A stretch of DNA of 64,000 nucleotides from Terrimicrobiaceae bacterium (GTDB lineage: Bacteria; Verrucomicrobiota; Verrucomicrobiia; Chthoniobacterales; Terrimicrobiaceae). Position numbers and translations under genes: made by a program. Under the pieces are notes generated by a model, which was given only the letters and a program-made list of their open reading frames with translations, was not told the origin of the DNA and did not search any database. Shown piece by piece: positions 39,261 through 49,297 of the stretch. Position 1 is the stretch's first letter. Each line of letters opens with the position of its first letter. The stretch is taken from contig JBIIPZ010000008.1 in NCBI GenBank assembly GCA_044342325.1, forward strand, positions 1 to 64,000, read 5' to 3'.

Positions 39261-40559
39261 ATGACACAAAGAATCGGCATAGGATTGGCAGGGTTTGGAA
39301 CGGTTGGCGCCGGGGTTTATAAAAACCTCCTCCGCAATGCCGCTCTTTTGGAGCAGCGGATCGGTGTCCAGTTCGAGGTGCGCAAGATTGCTGTGCGTGA
39401 TTTGAAGAAGGCACGCGATGTCCAGGCACCTGCGGAGCTTTTTACAGCGTCACCCGATGACCTGCTGGCCGATCCTTCGATCGATGTGGTAGTGGAGCTC
39501 ATGGGTGGCATCGATCTCCCGCTGGCCTTCGTGAAAAAAGCCATCGCCGCTGGCAAGATTGTCATCACCGGCAACAAGGCGCTCTTGGCGGAGCACGGGC
39601 GTGAGATTTTTCAACTGGCTGCCGAGAAGCGGGTGCCGGTTTTCTATGAGGCAGCCGTGGCGGGTGGAATTCCCATCATCAAATCCGTGCGCGAGGCTTT
39701 TGTTGGAAACCGCTTTGAGGCGATCCATGGAATCCTGAATGGCACGAGCAATTATATTTTGAGCCGGATGACGGATGAGGGCTTGGATTTTGCTCCTGTC
39801 CTCGCGGAAGCCCAGAAACTCGGCTACGCGGAGGCGGATCCCGCGCTGGATGTGAATGGCTGGGACGCTGCTCACAAGGCGATCATTCTCGCCTCGCTGG
39901 CCTATGGCTTCTGGATTGATCCGAACGATGTCCTCGTGGAAGGTATCGAAAAAGTCACCGCAGCTGATATTCAATTTGCGAACGAACTCGGCTATCGCAT
40001 CAAGTTGCTCGCCTCCATCAAGGCTGACGAGAAGAACTTCATCGAGGTGCGAGTGGTGCCGACGCTCATTCCAAAAACCCATGTTCTTGCTTCGGTGAAT
40101 GGCGTCTTTAACGCCGTGGCCGTGAAAGGCGATGTCGTGGGAGAGGCTCTTTTCTACGGACGCGGCGCTGGCCAGGATCCGACATCGAGTTCCGTGCTCG
40201 GCGACCTCGCGGAGGCGGCGGCTTTCATGCAGTCGCCCCGTCGTTGTGTTGGTTTCACCTCGCATGATCTCTACGGGCGTTGCAAGCCGGTGGACGAAAC
40301 CATTTCAAAATACTACTTGCGTCTTGGTGTGGAGGATCGTCCGGGCGTGCTGGCGCAGATCGCCGGCACTTTGGCCAAAGCCGATATCGGCATCCTCTCG
40401 GTGATCCAACCGGAGGGTCTTGTGGATGGTTCCGTGCCTCTCATCCTCACGCTCCATGACGCGCCTTACGGATCGATGAAAAAAACCGCCAACGAGTTGG
40501 CATCCCTTCCTTGCGTGAAGGGAACGCCGCTCCTGCTTCACATGGAGGCCTTCTCGTGA
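39261..40559 (+). CDS. hom: Homoserine dehydrogenase with ACT domain
   Basis: GFGTVG, EAAVAGGIP, GILNGTSNYIL, GYAEADP, DRPGVLA. Confidence 0.96.
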   Translation: MTQRIGIGLAGFGTVGAGVYKNLLRNAALLEQRIGVQFEVRKIAVRDLKKARDVQAPAELFTASPDDLLADPSIDVVVELMGGIDLPLAFVKKAIAAGKIVITGNKALLAEHGREIFQLAAEKRVPVFYEAAVAGGIPIIKSVREAFVGNRFEAIHGILNGTSNYILSRMTDEGLDFAPVLAEAQKLGYAEADPALDVNGWDAAHKAIILASLAYGFWIDPNDVLVEGIEKVTAADIQFANELGYRIKLLASIKADEKNFIEVRVVPTLIPKTHVLASVNGVFNAVAVKGDVVGEALFYGRGAGQDPTSSSVLGDLAEAAAFMQSPRRCVGFTSHDLYGRCKPVDETISKYYLRLGVEDRPGVLAQIAGTLAKADIGILSVIQPEGLVDGSVPLILTLHDAPYGSMKKTANELASLPCVKGTPLLLHMEAFS

Positions 40560-41650
40560 ACGAGCCGCTCAACGACAAAGGCGTGATCCACCGCTACCGG
40601 CAGTTCCTGCCCGTGAGCGATTCTACGCCCGTGATCTCTCTCAGCGAGGGCTCCACGCCGCTCATCTACTCGCCGCGTCTCAGCGAAAAAGCGGGTGCCG
40701 AGGTTTATTTGAAGTATGAGGGACTCAATCCAACGGGCTCCTTCAAAGATCGGGGCATGACGGTCGCTATTTCCAAGGCGGTGGAGGACGGCGCCAAGAC
40801 GGTCATCTGCGCATCCACAGGAAACACCAGCGCAGCCGCTGCGGCTTACGCTGCCCGTGCGGGAGTCCAATGTGCCGTGATTTTGCCTGCCGGTAAAATT
40901 GCCATTGGCAAGCTGGCGCAGGCTTTTGTTTACGGGGCGAAGGTCGTGGCGATTCGTGGAAATTTCGACGACGCCTTGCGCATCGTGCGCGAGTTCGGCG
41001 GCATCGATGGTGTGGCGATCGTGAATTCAATCAACCCGCATCGCATCGAGGGCCAGAAGACGGCGTCTTTTGAAATCATCGAGGACCTCGGCGACGCGCC
41101 GGATATCCACATTCTGCCAGTTGGAAATGCGGGAAACATCACCGCCTACTGGAAGGGCTATCGCGAATTTCATGCCGCCGGACGCTCGACGCGCCTGCCG
41201 AAAATGGTCGGTTTCCAAGCCGCCGGCTCGGCTCCTATTTTTTTCAATCAACCCATCGAAAAACCTGACACCGTCGCCACAGCCATCCGCATCGGCAATC
41301 CTGCAAGTTGGCAGGGGGCGAACAACGCCGTGAGCGAATCCGGCGGGTGCATCGATATCGTGACGGACGAAGAAATCCTCGCCGCGCAAGCTTGGTTGGC
41401 TGCCAACGAAGGCATCTTCGTCGAACCCGCCAGCGCAGCCAGCGTGGCTGGATTATTGAAATGCCACTCGAATGCCCGCTGCAGCGGATGTCCTTTCGCA
41501 TCGGCCGTGCGCCCCGGCGCTAAAGTCGTTCTCACCGTTACCGGTCATGGACTCAAGGATACCGAGACCCCTGTGAAGTTCGGAGGATTCACTCCGGCAG
41601 AGGCGGATGCCAATCTCGCCGCCGTGCGGGCGGTTCTTGATAAAAGCTGA
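40556..41650 (+). CDS. thrC: Threonine synthase
   Basis: EGLNPTGSFKDRG, ASTGNTS, PVGNAGN, EPASA, TGHGLKD; GTGA overlap with hom. Confidence 0.95.
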   Translation: MNEPLNDKGVIHRYRQFLPVSDSTPVISLSEGSTPLIYSPRLSEKAGAEVYLKYEGLNPTGSFKDRGMTVAISKAVEDGAKTVICASTGNTSAAAAAYAARAGVQCAVILPAGKIAIGKLAQAFVYGAKVVAIRGNFDDALRIVREFGGIDGVAIVNSINPHRIEGQKTASFEIIEDLGDAPDIHILPVGNAGNITAYWKGYREFHAAGRSTRLPKMVGFQAAGSAPIFFNQPIEKPDTVATAIRIGNPASWQGANNAVSESGGCIDIVTDEEILAAQAWLAANEGIFVEPASAASVAGLLKCHSNARCSGCPFASAVRPGAKVVLTVTGHGLKDTETPVKFGGFTPAEADANLAAVRAVLDKS

Positions 41651-41659
41651 TTTTTTACC

Positions 41660-42874
41660 ATGGCACTGATTGTTCAAAAATACGGCGGCACTTCGGTTGG
41701 AAACCCCGAGCGGATTCAAAATGTCGCAAGGCGCGTTCTGGCAACCCAGCAAGCAGGCAACTCGGTCGTTGTTGTGGTTTCTGCCATGTCCGGAGTCACC
41801 GACGGTCTCATCAAACTCGCCAAGGAAGTCTCGCCAGCACCTGCCGAACGGGAAATGGATGTTCTCCTCGCCACCGGCGAGCAGACGACAATCGCCCTCA
41901 CCGCCATGGCCATTAATGCTCTCGGTGGTAAGGCGGTCTCACTCACTGGTGCCCAGGCGGGAATCATTACAAGCGGTGTTCACACAAAAGCGAAAATTGC
42001 CAATATCGCACCTCGGCAGGTCAGAAAATTTCTCAATGAGGGCAATGTCTGCATCGTCGCCGGATTCCAAGGCCAGACGCTCGAGGGGCAGATTACCACA
42101 CTCGGGCGCGGAGGTTCCGACCTCACAGCCATCGCCATCGCAGCGGCTCTCAAGGCTGATATGTGCGAGATCTACACGGATGTGGATGGCGTTTACACCT
42201 GCGATCCGCGCGTGGTGCCGGATGCCAAGAAAATCGATGCGATCGCTTATGACGAGCTTCTGGAAATGGCCAGCAGCGGATCCAAGGTCATGCAATCCCG
42301 CTCGGTCGAATTCGCCAAAAAATTTAAAGTGCCTTTCGAGGTGCGCAGCAGTTTCAACAACAACAGGGGAACCATCGTGAAAGAAGAATCCATCGGACTC
42401 GAAAATGTCGTCGTGCGCGGCATCAGCCTCGAACGCAAACAAGCCAAGGTCACCATCACCCAAGTGCCCGACAAACCCGGCACCGCCTCCCGCATTTTTA
42501 CCGCCCTCTCTGAGGCGAATGTGATCATCGATGTCATCGTTCAAAATGTCTCCGTAAGCGGATCGACCGACATTTCCTTCACGATGAGCGCCGATGAACT
42601 CGAAAAGCTTGGAGCCGTCATCGACCGCGTGGCCAAGGAAGTCGGCGCCGGCGAGGTGATCAAAAAAAGCGGCATCGCTAAGCTCAGCGTTGTCGGTATC
42701 GGGATGCGCTCCCACTCGGGAGTCGCCGCCACACTCTTCGAATGCCTCGGCAACGGCGGGGTGAACATCCAAATGATCTCTACCTCCGAAATCAAAATTG
42801 CCGTCATCATCGACGAAGCCCAGATCGAGCATGCCGCCAAACTCGCCCACGCTGCGTTCGGGTTGGCGAATTAG
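41660..42874 (+). CDS. lysC: Aspartate kinase
   Basis: VQKYGGTSV, TTLGRGGSD, YTDVDG and two ACT domains. Confidence 0.96.
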   Translation: MALIVQKYGGTSVGNPERIQNVARRVLATQQAGNSVVVVVSAMSGVTDGLIKLAKEVSPAPAEREMDVLLATGEQTTIALTAMAINALGGKAVSLTGAQAGIITSGVHTKAKIANIAPRQVRKFLNEGNVCIVAGFQGQTLEGQITTLGRGGSDLTAIAIAAALKADMCEIYTDVDGVYTCDPRVVPDAKKIDAIAYDELLEMASSGSKVMQSRSVEFAKKFKVPFEVRSSFNNNRGTIVKEESIGLENVVVRGISLERKQAKVTITQVPDKPGTASRIFTALSEANVIIDVIVQNVSVSGSTDISFTMSADELEKLGAVIDRVAKEVGAGEVIKKSGIAKLSVVGIGMRSHSGVAATLFECLGNGGVNIQMISTSEIKIAVIIDEAQIEHAAKLAHAAFGLAN

Positions 42875-42898
42875 TCTGGAGATTTCGCAGCGCCCACC

Positions 42899-43429
42899 AT
42901 GGATATCTTCGAAAGTGTCGGGAATCTCAGCGAGCAGTTGGGACTCCCCGTTCTTTTGATTGGTGGCCATGCGGTGAATTTTTACGGCTACAACCGGACA
43001 ACGCTTGATGTGGATTTCCTGATCGCGGTGGATAGCTTCCCCGCTTGGCGCTCTGGCTTCGAGTCCATCGGCTATAAGTGGGTCGGGCAGACAGAGAATT
43101 TTGTCAGGTTGGAGCCTGTGGCCCCTGCATTGTTTCCGATGGATGTCATGCTGGTCGCGCCGGAGACATTTCAAAAACTTTACGCCGAACGGGTGGAGTG
43201 TCCCATAGGAACTGCGCGGATGAACTTGCCCAAGCCAATTCACCTGATCGCCCTGAAACTGCATGCCATGAAGAATCCCGTGCGCTTGAGGCAAGGCAAG
43301 GACTTGCTCGACATTTTAAATCTCGTTTCCCTTTGCAAGATCGATATCGAGGGGCAAGATTTCCAAGGCGTCCTCGACCGCTATGCCAACGAAGAAATCA
43401 GAAACCTCGTCCTCCGCTCCATCCGCTGA
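42899..43429 (+). CDS. Pol-beta-superfamily nucleotidyltransferase (AbiEii/DUF6036-like)
   Basis: IGGHAV..YG..RTTLDVDF, LIALKLHA, R..KD..DI. Confidence 0.8.
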   Translation: MDIFESVGNLSEQLGLPVLLIGGHAVNFYGYNRTTLDVDFLIAVDSFPAWRSGFESIGYKWVGQTENFVRLEPVAPALFPMDVMLVAPETFQKLYAERVECPIGTARMNLPKPIHLIALKLHAMKNPVRLRQGKDLLDILNLVSLCKIDIEGQDFQGVLDRYANEEIRNLVLRSIR

Positions 43430-43616
43430 GCAATCAGGCGCGGATTTTTTTGATCTGCCCGAGATAACCGCTGCCGATGAGGCGTTTTTGAAAAGCCATC
43501 CCACGCCGACTTTCGCGCAGCAGATCGCCCATTCCCTTTGGTTGCTTGCTTGGCGGAGGAGCAGGGGCATTCCGGATGACCACCCGCCCCGTCAGCACGA
43601 GCGGTTTGAGATGTAG
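43383..43616 (+). CDS. Small hypothetical protein overlapping the nucleotidyltransferase
   Basis: 77-aa ORF with 47-bp overlap; it fills the gap before the next gene. Confidence 0.55.
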   Translation: MPTKKSETSSSAPSAEQSGADFFDLPEITAADEAFLKSHPTPTFAQQIAHSLWLLAWRRSRGIPDDHPPRQHERFEM

Positions 43617-43682
43617 TGGGCAAACTGTCACCAGTTTCTCGTCGCCAACTCTCCGGCTATCTGTTTGAAGCATCCTAAATTT

Positions 43683-44564
43683 ATGAGCGTTCCGCAGAAC
43701 ACGATTGCGATTGTTTACGACTACGACCAAACCCTCTCGCCGATCTATATGCAGGAGGAGGCGATTTTTCCTGTTTTTGGCATTGATCCCTCCCACTTCT
43801 GGAAGCGGTGCGCCGAGTTGGTGCAAAAGCAGGGTTACGACCACGAGTTGGCCTACATGAAGGTGCTTCTAGACTGCCTCGAGATTGACCGCCCAACGAA
43901 TGCCCGCCTGCGCGAATTGGGGGCTCGGCTTACCTTTTATCCCGGCTTGCCGGAAATGTTCGAGGATTTGAAAAACACGCTCATCACTCCGGAGCATGCG
44001 GCGCACGGGATTCGGGTGGAGCATTACATTGTATCCTCAGGAATGAAGGAGCTCATCCAGGGCAGCCGCCTCGCGCCGTATGTGCGCAAGATTTTCGGCT
44101 GCGAATTCGCCACCGATGAGCATGACCGCATCTCATTTCCCAAACGCGCAATCAGCCACACCCAGAAAACCCAATTTCTCTTCCGCATCAACAAAGGCAT
44201 GCTGGAACTTGATCAGGATGTGAACGACCACATGGATCCCGCACTGCGTCCGGTTCCTTTTCAGAATATGATTTATGTCGGTGACGGGCCTACCGATGTG
44301 CCGTGCTTCACGGTCATGCGTCGCAATGGCGGCCAGGCGATTGCCGTTTACAATCCCGAAGATCCCACGCGCACAAGTTTCAAAAAATGCTACCAACTCT
44401 GCACCCATGCGGACCGGGTGAAAAATATCGCTCCTTCAGATTTTCGTGCGGGGAGCCATCTGCGGCTTCTCCTCGAGGAAATGGTTCTCGAGATCGGTAA
44501 TCGCATCATCCAGCGCCGAAGCGATGATCTCGAGGCCGGCACGGTGAAGGCGCCGAAGCACTGA
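43683..44564 (+). CDS. HAD-like hydrolase
   Basis: YDYDQTLSP, IVSSG, KTQFLFRINKG, YVGDGPTDVPC. Confidence 0.87.
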   Translation: MSVPQNTIAIVYDYDQTLSPIYMQEEAIFPVFGIDPSHFWKRCAELVQKQGYDHELAYMKVLLDCLEIDRPTNARLRELGARLTFYPGLPEMFEDLKNTLITPEHAAHGIRVEHYIVSSGMKELIQGSRLAPYVRKIFGCEFATDEHDRISFPKRAISHTQKTQFLFRINKGMLELDQDVNDHMDPALRPVPFQNMIYVGDGPTDVPCFTVMRRNGGQAIAVYNPEDPTRTSFKKCYQLCTHADRVKNIAPSDFRAGSHLRLLLEEMVLEIGNRIIQRRSDDLEAGTVKAPKH

Positions 44565-44568
44565 GACT

Positions 44569-45115
44569 TCAGAGCAGCAGAAGAAAAACCGCCACGCAGA
44601 TCGCAGTTGGAATGAGAGCTGCGAGGAAAAGCTTCAGCGCGCTCACACCGTTCTCGCCAAAGTAGGATTGCAGAATCGACTGGCCGGCCGGATTCGGGGC
44701 ATTGGCGATCACGGTAAGCCCGCCGCCCGCGACGGCACCCGCCACGACAGCGAGTTTAGCCTGATCAGAAAATCCGGGCACGAGCGATGCCAGATATGTG
44801 ATCGCCGCATTGTCGTTGAATGCCGTGAGCACGGTTGATCCGAGAAGGAGTTGGGTCGGGTTCAGACTTGTCAGCACCGGCTCGATCCACCACTGCTGGC
44901 AGCCTCCGTGAATGACAAGCCCGGCCAGGAAAAAGCCCACGAGCACAGGGCCTCGTAGACTGATCGCATCTTGGTTCCTCTCCGTGGCGGCCACAAAAGC
45001 CAGGAAGAACATGAAGGTTAAAACAACCATCGCCGCATAGAGGGCTGTGTAAACGACAAACCCAATGAAGAGGACATGACAAAGTATGAACTGGACAGGA
45101 ACTTGAGGGGCTTTA
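44569..45115 (-). pseudogene. C-terminal remnant of a DUF1504-type putative Na+/H+ antiporter
   Basis: VGFFLAGLVIHGG.Q.WWI.PVL, LTAFNDNAAITYL, GGGLTVIANAPNPAG; only about 180 aa remain and the N-terminal half is replaced by an IS fragment. Confidence 0.75.
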
Positions 45116-45122
45116 TCCGTAG

Positions 45123-45290
45123 CGTGCGCAGGGTTCGCAGGGCATACCCGCACGATGGGAGTTGATCGACTTCTTGCCGCTCGAATGCCGTCCGCATGCG
45201 ATACGAGCAGATTGTAACTACGGCAATGAATCCAAGATGATCGAATATGAAAAATGTGGCATCCCCTATCTCTTCAACCTCAGACATCCG
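45123..45290 (+). mobile_element. Internal fragment of an IS1380-like transposase
   Basis: Start-less frame reads ...WELIDFLPLECRPHAIRADCNYGNESKMIEYEKCGIPYLFNLR, matching the R(G/A)D..(F/Y)GNE...E..G.PYLF.LR pattern. Confidence 0.65.
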
Positions 45291-45439
45291 TTTTCCCTCA
45301 GCTCATGATGTCTGAGGTTAATCCAATCCCATCGCCCTACTAAAAACCGGTATAAACTTGAAGTTTTTCCTTTTGGATTGGCGTTGAATTATTCCCCTTG
45401 TGCAGAGCTTTTGATAATGTCTTCTGCGCGAGGGGATAA

Positions 45440-45647
45440 ATTCGAACAAATCCACGCGAAGTCCTGCAGGCAAACGGGAGCGAATCCATTCCGGATTGAT
45501 TGGCCAATGCAGGAAAAGAAGCCGACTCCACCGCTGACGCATCACTGCCCGAGAAGGCGGAGTCTCCCTCATCGAGAGACCCTGATGGTGCGTTGGTGTC
45601 CTTGGCGATGAGTTTGCTCGAACTCCCGAGCTTGGGTCTTGTTTCAT
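45440..45647 (-). pseudogene. N-terminal remnant of a YqjF/DUF2071 family gene
   Basis: VMRQRWSRLLFLHWPINPEWIRSRLPAGLRVDLF, then similarity ends abruptly. Confidence 0.75.
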
Positions 45648-45827
45648 CACATATTGGTTATGCTGCAGGCATACGAACGCGACTTCCAAAAACCAACAAT
45701 CGGGGCCAAGGGATCACTCGCACAAAGCGTGCTGCCAGCCCGAAAATTTAAAACCTAACCTATCCTGTATCGCCAGCACGCGCGAGATAGCCAAGCCTCC
45801 TTGGCCTTCGCGTCTCACACGCTTTCC

Positions 45828-46241
45828 TTACCCATCAGAATTTCTGAATTTGTGTGGGGCAACCGAGGCCCCGCCCTTTTGAGATGAGTCGCCGTTGTCG
45901 GCGACCGGATTGACTGGCACATCAATACGATTTCTTCCCTCGTCGAGGACTGAGCGATCCCCAAGAGGGATTTTGCGCGCATAGGCGGCACGACCCAGCA
46001 AGCTCGCCGCGACCGGCGCGGTTAGAAAAATAAACAAGAGCGTGACCACCGCCTTTGTCACTACCCCCGTCTCCCTGAAGTAAAGCGCGGCGGCGATAAG
46101 CAGAAGAGCCACTCCCAAAGAGGCTCCCTTGGTTGCCGCGTGCATACGGCAGAAGACGTCCGGCATTCGAATCAAACCCAGTCCGGTGAGGAAGAAAAGA
46201 AAGGTTCCAGCCAACAAAAGGAGACAAATTACATAGGTCAT
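45828..46241 (-). CDS. mnhG: Mrp Na+/H+ antiporter subunit G
   Basis: GLIRMPDVFCRMHAATK, FLTAPVA. Confidence 0.93.
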   Translation of the reverse strand: MTYVICLLLLAGTFLFFLTGLGLIRMPDVFCRMHAATKGASLGVALLLIAAALYFRETGVVTKAVVTLLFIFLTAPVAASLLGRAAYARKIPLGDRSVLDEGRNRIDVPVNPVADNGDSSQKGGASVAPHKFRNSDG

Positions 46242-46522
46242 TTAAAAAATCCCCGTTCAATTGCGATTGCCAAAGCGATCGTGCCCAGAAAAACAACGAG
46301 AGCGATAGCCAGTGCGATATCCAGCAAGAAGGACTCGGCTGTTGTCAAAGATGTGAGCACCAGCAAGCCGATCATCATTGTGGCAAGGACATCCGCTGCC
46401 ACAACGCGATCGGGTAAACTGGGCCCAAGAAGAAGACGGATGAACGCAAGCACCATGCCAACCCCAAGAATCACGCCAGAGGCCCAGATCGACATCATGA
46501 GAATAGGATGGCCTTCAGGCAT
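46238..46522 (-). CDS. mnhF: Mrp Na+/H+ antiporter subunit F
   Basis: RLLLGPSLPDRVVAAD; three TM helices. Confidence 0.93.
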   Translation of the reverse strand: MPEGHPILMMSIWASGVILGVGMVLAFIRLLLGPSLPDRVVAADVLATMMIGLLVLTSLTTAESFLLDIALAIALVVFLGTIALAIAIERGFFK

Positions 46523-46525
46523 GGA

Positions 46526-46999
46526 TCACCTCAGGAGTTCAAGAACGCGCCGTTCGAGATTGTTTTTGATATCGGCCCGTAGCGCATCGGGGTCACGGAT
46601 ATACATGGCATGAATGTAGAGTGTTTTACGATCTGGCGAAATGTCGAGGCTCAGTGTGCCTGGAGTCATCGTGATGAGATTTGCGAGCACCGTGATTTCC
46701 AGGTTGGTCCGCGCATCCAAAGGAATCCCTATCACGCCCGGAGTCATTTGAAAGTTGGGTGTCAAAATGTCATAGGCAATCACGCCATTCGAAACGATGA
46801 GTTCTTTAAGGTAATAAAGGAGAAATGAGAGGAGCTTCTTGACCTTGCCAAAATACCGTTCGTGCTCAGGTTGGTCGCGTGTCAGAAAGGACAGGACAAG
46901 ATAGCTCAGAACAAATCCCGAGACCAGATTAGCCAGCGACAATCCGCCCAGCAGACCAGACCAGACAAGCGCGAGGACAATATTCCAAAAGGGATACAC
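46526..46999 (-). CDS. mnhE: Mrp Na+/H+ antiporter subunit E
   Basis: LANLITMTPGTLSLD, LYIHAM. Confidence 0.93.
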   Translation of the reverse strand: MYPFWNIVLALVWSGLLGGLSLANLVSGFVLSYLVLSFLTRDQPEHERYFGKVKKLLSFLLYYLKELIVSNGVIAYDILTPNFQMTPGVIGIPLDARTNLEITVLANLITMTPGTLSLDISPDRKTLYIHAMYIRDPDALRADIKNNLERRVLELLR

Positions 47000-47002
47000 G
47001 GC

Positions 47003-48523
47003 TTAATTCCTCCCTCCGATCACAGCTTCAATGTAACGCTCCGGGGCAAGCAGCTGAGCCGCTGCCCGCTCCGCAAAGTCGAAGTAAAACTGCGGAAAAA
47101 ATCCGATCGAGAGTGTCAAGAGGGTAAGCACAACAACCGGCGCAAACAAGCAGGCCTTATCACAAAAAGGCAAAGCATTGACATCAATTGCTTGCCCCCC
47201 CTCGGGCACTGCCTTCCAAAAGACCTCAGACCATATTTTTGTCATCGAAAAAAGAGTGAGCAGGCCCACGGCCAAGGCCACCACGCCAAGCACCACGGCC
47301 CATGGCCCGAACATTGTATCCCCCGCAAGAGAGGCTTTGACGACCGCGAATTTGGCAAAAAAACCGGAAAGCGGGGGAATTCCGCCCAGCGACATGGCCG
47401 GAATAAAAAACAGGATCGCAAGCCAAGGCATAGCCGCATAGAAACCGCCGAGTTTTTTCAACTGGAACGTGCCGCTATAACGCTGTGTTATGCCACTGAT
47501 CAAGAACAAATTCGATTTCACCACGATGTGGTGGAAGAGGTAAAATACACACCCTGCAAGAGCCAGCGGCGTAAAGAGCGCAAGCCCCATGACCATATAA
47601 CCGATCTGACTGACGATATGAAAGGAGAGGAGCCTGCGAAAATCAAACTGCACTACCGCTCCGAGCACTCCAGTTATCATTGTGAAGCCAGCAATCGCCA
47701 GCAGAAGACCATGTGTGAACAACAAGTCGCCGGTAAACACGAGTGTGAAGACGCGCATCAAGGCATACACTCCGACTTTTGTCAGCAAGCCAGCGAATAC
47801 CGCCGACACTGCCACAGGAGGAGTGTGGTAGGACGCTGGAAGCCAGAAAAACAAGGGAAAGACGGCGGCTTTAAGACCAAATGCAACCAGGAAGAGCATC
47901 GCCGTCATGGTCAGCATGCTTGGGTGCATCAATTCACGCGACTTCCCAGCCAAATCAGCGAGATTTAGCGTGCCGGTCTGCCCGTAGAGGATGCCGCAAG
48001 CCGCAAGGAAAAGGCTTGAGGAGAGGAGGTTCAACACCACGTATTTCACTGCCCCTTCCATCTGTTGCTTCTCTCCTCCGAGACACATGAGCACGAAGGA
48101 GCTTATCAGCATGACCTCGAACCAGACAAACATGTTAAAAATGTCGCCAGTGAGGAAGGCCCCACAAACGCCCATCATCATAAAATGAAGAAAAGCAAAA
48201 AATCCGTGGCGCACTCGACTGGCATCGACATCCGCAAGGGAATACACGGCGACAGCTAAGCCTGTGATTGCCGACACCAGCACCATGATCGCTGACAGAA
48301 GATCGGCCACAAAAACAATTCCAAATGGAGCCGCCCAATTGCCAAACTCGACGACATGGATTGTGCCGTCCGAAACCTCGGCCATCAGCCAGAGCGAAAC
48401 CAGCAGCAACGCAACCATACCCGTGACACCGAATAACTTCTGCGCTGCAGTCGAGCGCACGGCCAATAGGCAGGCCACTGCTGTGATCAGTGGCACCAGG
48501 ATGCACAAAGTCAGAGGATTCAT
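47003..48523 (-). CDS. mnhD: Mrp Na+/H+ antiporter subunit D
   Basis: [43 protein letters not shown]. Confidence 0.95.
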   Translation of the reverse strand: MNPLTLCILVPLITAVACLLAVRSTAAQKLFGVTGMVALLLVSLWLMAEVSDGTIHVVEFGNWAAPFGIVFVADLLSAIMVLVSAITGLAVAVYSLADVDASRVRHGFFAFLHFMMMGVCGAFLTGDIFNMFVWFEVMLISSFVLMCLGGEKQQMEGAVKYVVLNLLSSSLFLAACGILYGQTGTLNLADLAGKSRELMHPSMLTMTAMLFLVAFGLKAAVFPLFFWLPASYHTPPVAVSAVFAGLLTKVGVYALMRVFTLVFTGDLLFTHGLLLAIAGFTMITGVLGAVVQFDFRRLLSFHIVSQIGYMVMGLALFTPLALAGCVFYLFHHIVVKSNLFLISGITQRYSGTFQLKKLGGFYAAMPWLAILFFIPAMSLGGIPPLSGFFAKFAVVKASLAGDTMFGPWAVVLGVVALAVGLLTLFSMTKIWSEVFWKAVPEGGQAIDVNALPFCDKACLFAPVVVLTLLTLSIGFFPQFYFDFAERAAAQLLAPERYIEAVIGGRN

Positions 48524-48870
48524 TACGAGTCCGACCTCCTGAGGTCATCGACATCGTCGGTGCCGGTGCTTTGGTCGGCGCGGTGAACCATGGCGAGGGT
48601 GAAAGCGAGAACTCCAAAACTGATGACGATGGCTGTAAGAATCAGAGCCTGCGGAAGCGGATCAGCGCTCGTGGGGGCGAGAGTCTCCGCAGTTGCGGAA
48701 ACAAATGGAGAACCAGCCTCGGTGATCCCTCCGACAGTAAAAATCAGGAGATTCACTGCCTGGCTGAGTAAGGATACGCCGAGAATCACACGCACCACGC
48801 CACGGCGCATTAGGAGATAGACCGAAGCGGCGTAGAGAACTCCTATCGTCAGCGCGAGCACGATTTGCAT
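48523..48870 (-). CDS. mnhC: Mrp Na+/H+ antiporter subunit C
   Basis: [17 protein letters not shown]. Confidence 0.94.
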   Translation of the reverse strand: MQIVLALTIGVLYAASVYLLMRRGVVRVILGVSLLSQAVNLLIFTVGGITEAGSPFVSATAETLAPTSADPLPQALILTAIVISFGVLAFTLAMVHRADQSTGTDDVDDLRRSDS

Positions 48871-48871
48871 A

Positions 48872-49297
48872 TTAGTCCTTCCCCTCCCCCTCATCCTCGC
48901 CAAGCGAAAACACAATCAGACTGGCGACTCCAAGAACTACGATGTAAACGCCGACGTCGAACAAGAGCGGCGTGCCGACCTTGCCCAGAACCGGCCAAAC
49001 CGTCTTGTCCCAAAACCCAGTGAAGAAAGGCATGCCTGCAACGACGGATGGAATACCGCTTGCCACCGCCACCGAGAGTCCGATGCCGAGGATTTTGATC
49101 GGATCAATTCCAAGCAGGCGCTTCGCAGTCCTCACACCTTCCGAGAGCATGACCAGGACGAATGCTCCGGCGGCAACAAGCCCACCGGAGAAGCCTCCTC
49201 CGGGCAGGTTATGGCCACGCAGCAAGAGAAAAAAAGAAAAGATTAGAAGCAGCGCAGCGACGGGGCGGCCGACAGTCGTTAGAATCACACTGTTCAT
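48872..49297 (-). CDS. mnhB: Mrp Na+/H+ antiporter subunit B
   Basis: RGHNLPGGGFSGGL, FDVGVY. Confidence 0.94.
   Translation of the reverse strand: MNSVILTTVGRPVAALLLIFSFFLLLRGHNLPGGGFSGGLVAAGAFVLVMLSEGVRTAKRLLGIDPIKILGIGLSVAVASGIPSVVAGMPFFTGFWDKTVWPVLGKVGTPLLFDVGVYIVVLGVASLIVFSLGEDEGEGKD

Noticed and set aside
39058..39261. Regulatory link between tRNA-Thr and the divergent hom-thrC-lysC operon (T-box or attenuator)
   Set aside because: No T-box motif or Thr-rich leader peptide in the 131-bp spacer; the adjacency may be coincidental.
41939..43294. Long antisense ORFs (also 34262-35593, 9401-10597, 24682-25635, 27799-28797, 30174-31253, 46862-47968, 58763-59914)
   Set aside because: Shadows of well-supported genes on the opposite strand in GC-rich DNA; no recognisable motifs.
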